Positions 60,439 to 64,000 of a stretch of 64,000 nt of DNA are shown here, in pieces (the first letter of the stretch is position 1; the number at the start of each line of letters is the position of its first letter). Under the pieces are notes generated by a model that did no database searches, was not told the origin of the DNA, and saw nothing but the letters and a program-made list of their open reading frames with translations. The stretch is from Lachnospiraceae bacterium (GTDB lineage: Bacteria; Bacillota; Clostridia; Lachnospirales; Lachnospiraceae): contig JAUNIR010000004.1 of assembly GCA_030523345.1 (NCBI GenBank), forward strand, positions 41-64,040. Reading direction: 5' to 3'. The position numbers were made by a program, and so were the translations under genes.

Positions 60439-60458
60439 TATATAGAAAGCAACCAAAT

Positions 60459-61433
60459 ATGAGTAAGAAAAAAACTATTTTCGGTGTATGGCTTATGCTT
60501 ATGGCACTTACATCATTAACAGCATATACAATGTATTTCGTGGCACAGATGAGATTTTCAATTCTACTATACTCTTATTCTGCGCTAGTAATAACTCAGT
60601 TATTCTCACTAACAGTTTTCCTTTTGGGGTCTGAAAAGATACAACACAAAGTAGTCAAAATAATCTATCGTTTATGTTGTCTAGCTTCTATTGCCGTTAT
60701 TCCAGCTTTTCTATTTATTTTTATGGGACTTATATCCCAGTATCATGTAGATATTAATGAGGCTATAGTTGTTAGTGATTCCGATTATAAGCTCATTGTT
60801 CCTTCTAACGAAACAACAATCTATAAGACCGACACATTCTATGTATTCTTTCCTGAATACTCTCATGTAGATTTAGAATATGGCATCAGACCAAAAAAAT
60901 CTGATAAATCGATCACCTGGTGTAGTGGTGCAGCATTTCAGCATGCAATCCAACTCGGTTTTTCTGATGAAAATATAGAGGGCTACCATGCATCTAAAGG
61001 TGTTTTTTCTGACAGTCCATATGTCAAAGATTCCTATGGTGCTGTAACCTTTTCTGATGGGAATTTTAAATTCGAATTCGACGATCCAAAAGGCGCAATT
61101 AAGGAGGCTGCCTCCCGTGGTGGAAGTGGATTTATGCAATACAGAATACTTAAGGATGGTGAGCTAGTGAACGGCTTTAATATGCCACGAGTTCGCTCGT
61201 ACAGAGTAATCGCAGAGCTTAACGGTAATCTTTGTATTATAGACTCTATAGAGATGATGCACTTTGACGACTTTCTTATTAAGCTTAAAGAGCTTAATGT
61301 AGAAAATGCACTTTATATGGATATGGGAGCTGGTTGGAATTATTCCTGGTATAGAAAAACAACTGGCACTCCCAAAACCTTATTTGGTTTGAAAGTGCCA
61401 TGGTCTCATAACTGGGTTGTATTTAGAAAGTAA
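60459..61433 (+). CDS. Hypothetical membrane-anchored protein; the C-terminal domain is possibly phosphodiester-glycosidase-like (DUF2233-type)
   Basis: 324 aa with three N-terminal TM helices and a roughly 220-aa soluble domain. The pattern RVIAELNGNLCIIDS...FLIKLKELNVENALYMDMGAGW resembles the ...LNLDGGGS end of phosphodiester glycosidase domains. The assignment is weak. Confidence 0.5.
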   Translation: MSKKKTIFGVWLMLMALTSLTAYTMYFVAQMRFSILLYSYSALVITQLFSLTVFLLGSEKIQHKVVKIIYRLCCLASIAVIPAFLFIFMGLISQYHVDINEAIVVSDSDYKLIVPSNETTIYKTDTFYVFFPEYSHVDLEYGIRPKKSDKSITWCSGAAFQHAIQLGFSDENIEGYHASKGVFSDSPYVKDSYGAVTFSDGNFKFEFDDPKGAIKEAASRGGSGFMQYRILKDGELVNGFNMPRVRSYRVIAELNGNLCIIDSIEMMHFDDFLIKLKELNVENALYMDMGAGWNYSWYRKTTGTPKTLFGLKVPWSHNWVVFRK

Positions 61434-62349
61434 ATCCTGCTTTAAATCCGTCAAATGAAAATGCTTTTTCGTAATCGCTTACATCAAATTTTACGATTTC
61501 AGGTAGGACAATCGTTCCATCTGTCAAAGCCTTTAGTGCAGGTTCAAAAGGGCCGCATCTGCTGCCAACAATTTTAAGTTCATTTACCGGCACTAAGCTT
61601 AAATTTAGTTGTGCATTCTCAGCATATGTGCTTTTTAATACTATCGTTCCATTCTTTCTAACTAATTCAATGGCTTGTGAAATGCCATCTTTACTTCCAG
61701 TTGCTTCTATAACAATTTCGTAACTTTCAGCTTTTCGCTCAGTAGTTGTTTTTGCTATATTTGCAAAAAGTTTAAGTTTATCCTCATGTTTTCCTATTAC
61801 AGTTACGTCTGCTTTTTTAAGATGCATAACATTTGCAATACATAGAGCAAGTCTGCCATCTCCAAGTACTGCCACAGGTGTACCCTCTTCTATTTCAATT
61901 TGCTCTAAAATCTCAAATGCAGCAGCAAGAGGCTCTGTATACACAGCAATTTCTGTATCAAGTTCATCTGGAACAACATGCAAATTTTCCGTTTTTAAAA
62001 TCATATACTCAGCAAAACAGCCATCCTTTGACAGTCCTGGAGTAGTACGATTGCTGCAATGATGAGGGCGCCCAGTCTTACAATATATACACTTATGGCA
62101 TACTTCGTTTATTTCACCTACTACTCTTTTTCCAATAAGCGCTTTTTCATGCGAGTCCTCAACAATACCAACAAACTCGTGTCCCATTATGCCCTTAAAG
62201 TCCGGCCTGTACCCTTTTAATATTTCTTTATCCGTACTACATACTGCTGATAAAAGAATTTTTATAAGGCTTCTTTCTTCTGTAATTTCCGGTCGCTGCA
62301 AATCTTGTCTGTAAACAGCTTTTTCTCCATCAAAATATAATCCTCTCAT
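61423..62349 (-). CDS. Zinc-dependent medium-chain alcohol dehydrogenase family protein
   Basis: 308 aa. The catalytic Zn ligands lie in CSTDKEI and GHEFVG. The structural Zn cluster is CHKCIYCKTGRPHHC. The Rossmann motif is VLGDGRLA. The 3' end overlaps the convergent plus-strand gene by 11 nt. Confidence 0.85.
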   Translation of the reverse strand: MRGLYFDGEKAVYRQDLQRPEITEERSLIKILLSAVCSTDKEILKGYRPDFKGIMGHEFVGIVEDSHEKALIGKRVVGEINEVCHKCIYCKTGRPHHCSNRTTPGLSKDGCFAEYMILKTENLHVVPDELDTEIAVYTEPLAAAFEILEQIEIEEGTPVAVLGDGRLALCIANVMHLKKADVTVIGKHEDKLKLFANIAKTTTERKAESYEIVIEATGSKDGISQAIELVRKNGTIVLKSTYAENAQLNLSLVPVNELKIVGSRCGPFEPALKALTDGTIVLPEIVKFDVSDYEKAFSFDGFKAGFTF

Positions 62350-62393
62350 AGATTTCTCCCTTTGAAAGTTGCTATACGCTATTACTTATGTTT

Positions 62394-63227
62394 TTATAAC
62401 GCTCCCTTTGGGCAATTCTTCTTACACTCAAAGCACAAAATACATTCTGTCCCATTTTTGCGTTTTCTAGAATTGTCTGTAACATCAACATCCATTGGAC
62501 ATACTTTTTTGCATTTACCACAAGAAACACATTTATCTTTATCACACTTCACTCTGAATAGCGCAAAATAGCTCATTGGCTTTAAAAATACAGTAATCGG
62601 ACACAAATATTTACAGAATGCTCGATTGTCCTTAAAGCATATCGCCAGGATTATTCCAAATAAGTAATACAATACATTTCCTGTAACAAAAGCTATAAAC
62701 ATTATTCTCTCTATATTTCCTACTTTTGCCAAAAACAAAGCTGATACAAAAATAAGAGAAATGACAAATGTTGCATATCGTAACCAGCCTATTTTCTTTC
62801 TTTCATGACTGTGAGGTTCTTTATACGGAAGAAAATCAAGTATCATTGCTGTCCAGCAAGCATAACCACACCATCCTCTTCCGAAAATCAATGGGCCAAA
62901 TATTTTAGCAACAGCATAATGAATAGTTGCAGCCTCAAAGACACCTGTGAACAGGTAATACCAAAATCCCTCTATCTGCATATTTTCATTGCTGATAATA
63001 CCCAAATATATCAGCATATACATTCCAACCAGGAGCTGCGTTACTCGCCTGCCATATCTGTTCTTAGCTATCATCAGCCCTATTCCCAAAGCGATTGAAA
63101 TACCTATATAACTAAAATTAAACAAATAGAAAATATTGTCTTTAGATAGCCACAAAGATATTGCCACAATTTCAAAAATAATAAACATTGATAGTGGTAA
63201 GATATATTTACGAATCAGCTCTTTCAT
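62394..63227 (-). CDS. Membrane-bound 4Fe-4S ferredoxin-type protein (NapH/MauN-like topology)
   Basis: 277 aa with several TM helices. Cys motifs are CGYACW and CKYLCP, plus two ferredoxin-type clusters, CVSCGKCKKVCP and CILCFECKKNCP. Confidence 0.78.
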   Translation of the reverse strand: MKELIRKYILPLSMFIIFEIVAISLWLSKDNIFYLFNFSYIGISIALGIGLMIAKNRYGRRVTQLLVGMYMLIYLGIISNENMQIEGFWYYLFTGVFEAATIHYAVAKIFGPLIFGRGWCGYACWTAMILDFLPYKEPHSHERKKIGWLRYATFVISLIFVSALFLAKVGNIERIMFIAFVTGNVLYYLFGIILAICFKDNRAFCKYLCPITVFLKPMSYFALFRVKCDKDKCVSCGKCKKVCPMDVDVTDNSRKRKNGTECILCFECKKNCPKGAL

Positions 63228-63323
63228 TAAACAATCTCCTTAATCCTGTAGATCAAAAGATTCATCTTCAGCAATTTCTTTTATAGCGTTACTTGTATTA
63301 TATAGTAATCTCTATCTGATTAC

Positions 63324-63392
63324 CTACTTAACGAAAATATCTTTTGTTTTTTCTAAATCATCGACATACATAGCTACATGTTCGACCTTCAT
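63324..63392 (-). pseudogene. Possible remnant (first 22 codons) of a VOC/glyoxalase-family gene
   Basis: The minus-strand ORF reads MKVEHVAMYVDDLEKTKDIFVK-stop. It resembles the canonical N-terminus of VOC-family proteins (M-x-IEHVAxYVxDLExxxxFY). No continuation is found in any frame. Confidence 0.3.
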
Positions 63393-63470
63393 ATGAGTGT
63401 TGGAACAAGAATCAATGTAAACAAAACGTAAGCGCCAACAGCCATTCATGTTTCCAAAACCACAGTTGTA

Positions 63471-64000
63471 TTACCAAGGCTCCATCCAAGGAATAATTAC
63501 TTTATTCACGTTATCATACCAACTGGATCCATTTTTCCTTAAAGTTGATTTCATCCCATTTACAACAACTGTCCTTGCCTTAACTACAGAAAGACTTGGA
63601 TTTCCTAAGTCTGCAGCAATACTGCTAACATCATTTATTGTATAGAAGTCGCCATTTCTTTCGCCAAGATACAGCATTTCATGTCCTGGGAACTGTACAA
63701 TAGCACCTGCAGGACAATTAAATCTAAAGAATTCTTCCTTTTCCGCAACTGTCATTGCTGAAACATCTATAATTCGACATCTCATCACACCTTGCCATGT
63801 TGTATTTCTTGGAAGAGATAATCCAAAGCAAGAGTATACTTCTCGTACATACGATGAACAATCCTGTGAATTAAGAGAGCCGCCCCATCCATATCTGTTT
63901 CCAAGTGACTTAAATGCTTGATTAAGCAAATTTTGCGATGTCAACGTCAAATAACCTACATTCACATCACGACTCACTGGAATGAGAGCTTCCGTTTTTA
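63471..64000 (-). CDS. NlpC/P60 (C40) cell-wall peptidase, C-terminal part (5' end outside the window)
   Basis: The reading frame is open to the window edge. The catalytic Cys context is LNSQDCSSYVREVY and the His context is FPGHEMLYLG. Confidence 0.8.
   Translation of the reverse strand, partial: KTEALIPVSRDVNVGYLTLTSQNLLNQAFKSLGNRYGWGGSLNSQDCSSYVREVYSCFGLSLPRNTTWQGVMRCRIIDVSAMTVAEKEEFFRFNCPAGAIVQFPGHEMLYLGERNGDFYTINDVSSIAADLGNPSLSVVKARTVVVNGMKSTLRKNGSSWYDNVNKVIIPWMEPW

Overview
AT-rich chromosomal backbone that looks like a Firmicutes genome, probably Clostridia or Lachnospiraceae. This placement is inferred only from protein families, CIRCE elements and LacI/cre-type operators; no database search was possible. 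I call about 55 protein genes, and all but three are on the minus strand. There is also a complete tRNA-Pro(UGG) and the first 14 nt of a second tRNA at the left edge.

Most of the content is housekeeping:
- Nucleotide metabolism and salvage: rdgB, guaB, apt, a uracil permease and a purine permease.
- Translation: glnS, valS, two RNA methyltransferases.
- Chaperones: htpG and clpB, each preceded by a perfect CIRCE element.
- Cell wall: a class A PBP and an NlpC/P60 peptidase.
- Ion transport: mgtE, NhaC, MscS.
- A maltodextrin-type ABC/malQ/LacI operon with palindromic operators.
- Three GGDEF-domain c-di-GMP proteins.

I recognised no transposase, integrase, phage, CRISPR, restriction or toxin-antitoxin genes, so I see no classical mobile or defence island.

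The observations most worth follow-up are:
1. An MscS-type channel whose roughly 210-aa C-terminal domain is duplicated as a stand-alone gene directly beside a STAS (anti-sigma antagonist) gene.
2. A promoter-to-terminator unit of about 115 nt upstream of the malic enzyme gene, carrying four C-rich motifs like an RsaE/RoxS-type sRNA.
3. A Y-family polymerase separated from its YolD-like partner by an orphan short flagellin gene.
4. guaB tightly linked to a GGDEF-EAL protein and a TetR regulator.
5. A FapA / bitopic TPR / GT-C glycosyltransferase cluster between valS and glnS.
6. A two-gene plus-strand unit of unknown function.

All functional calls rest on motif-level reading of the translated ORFs.
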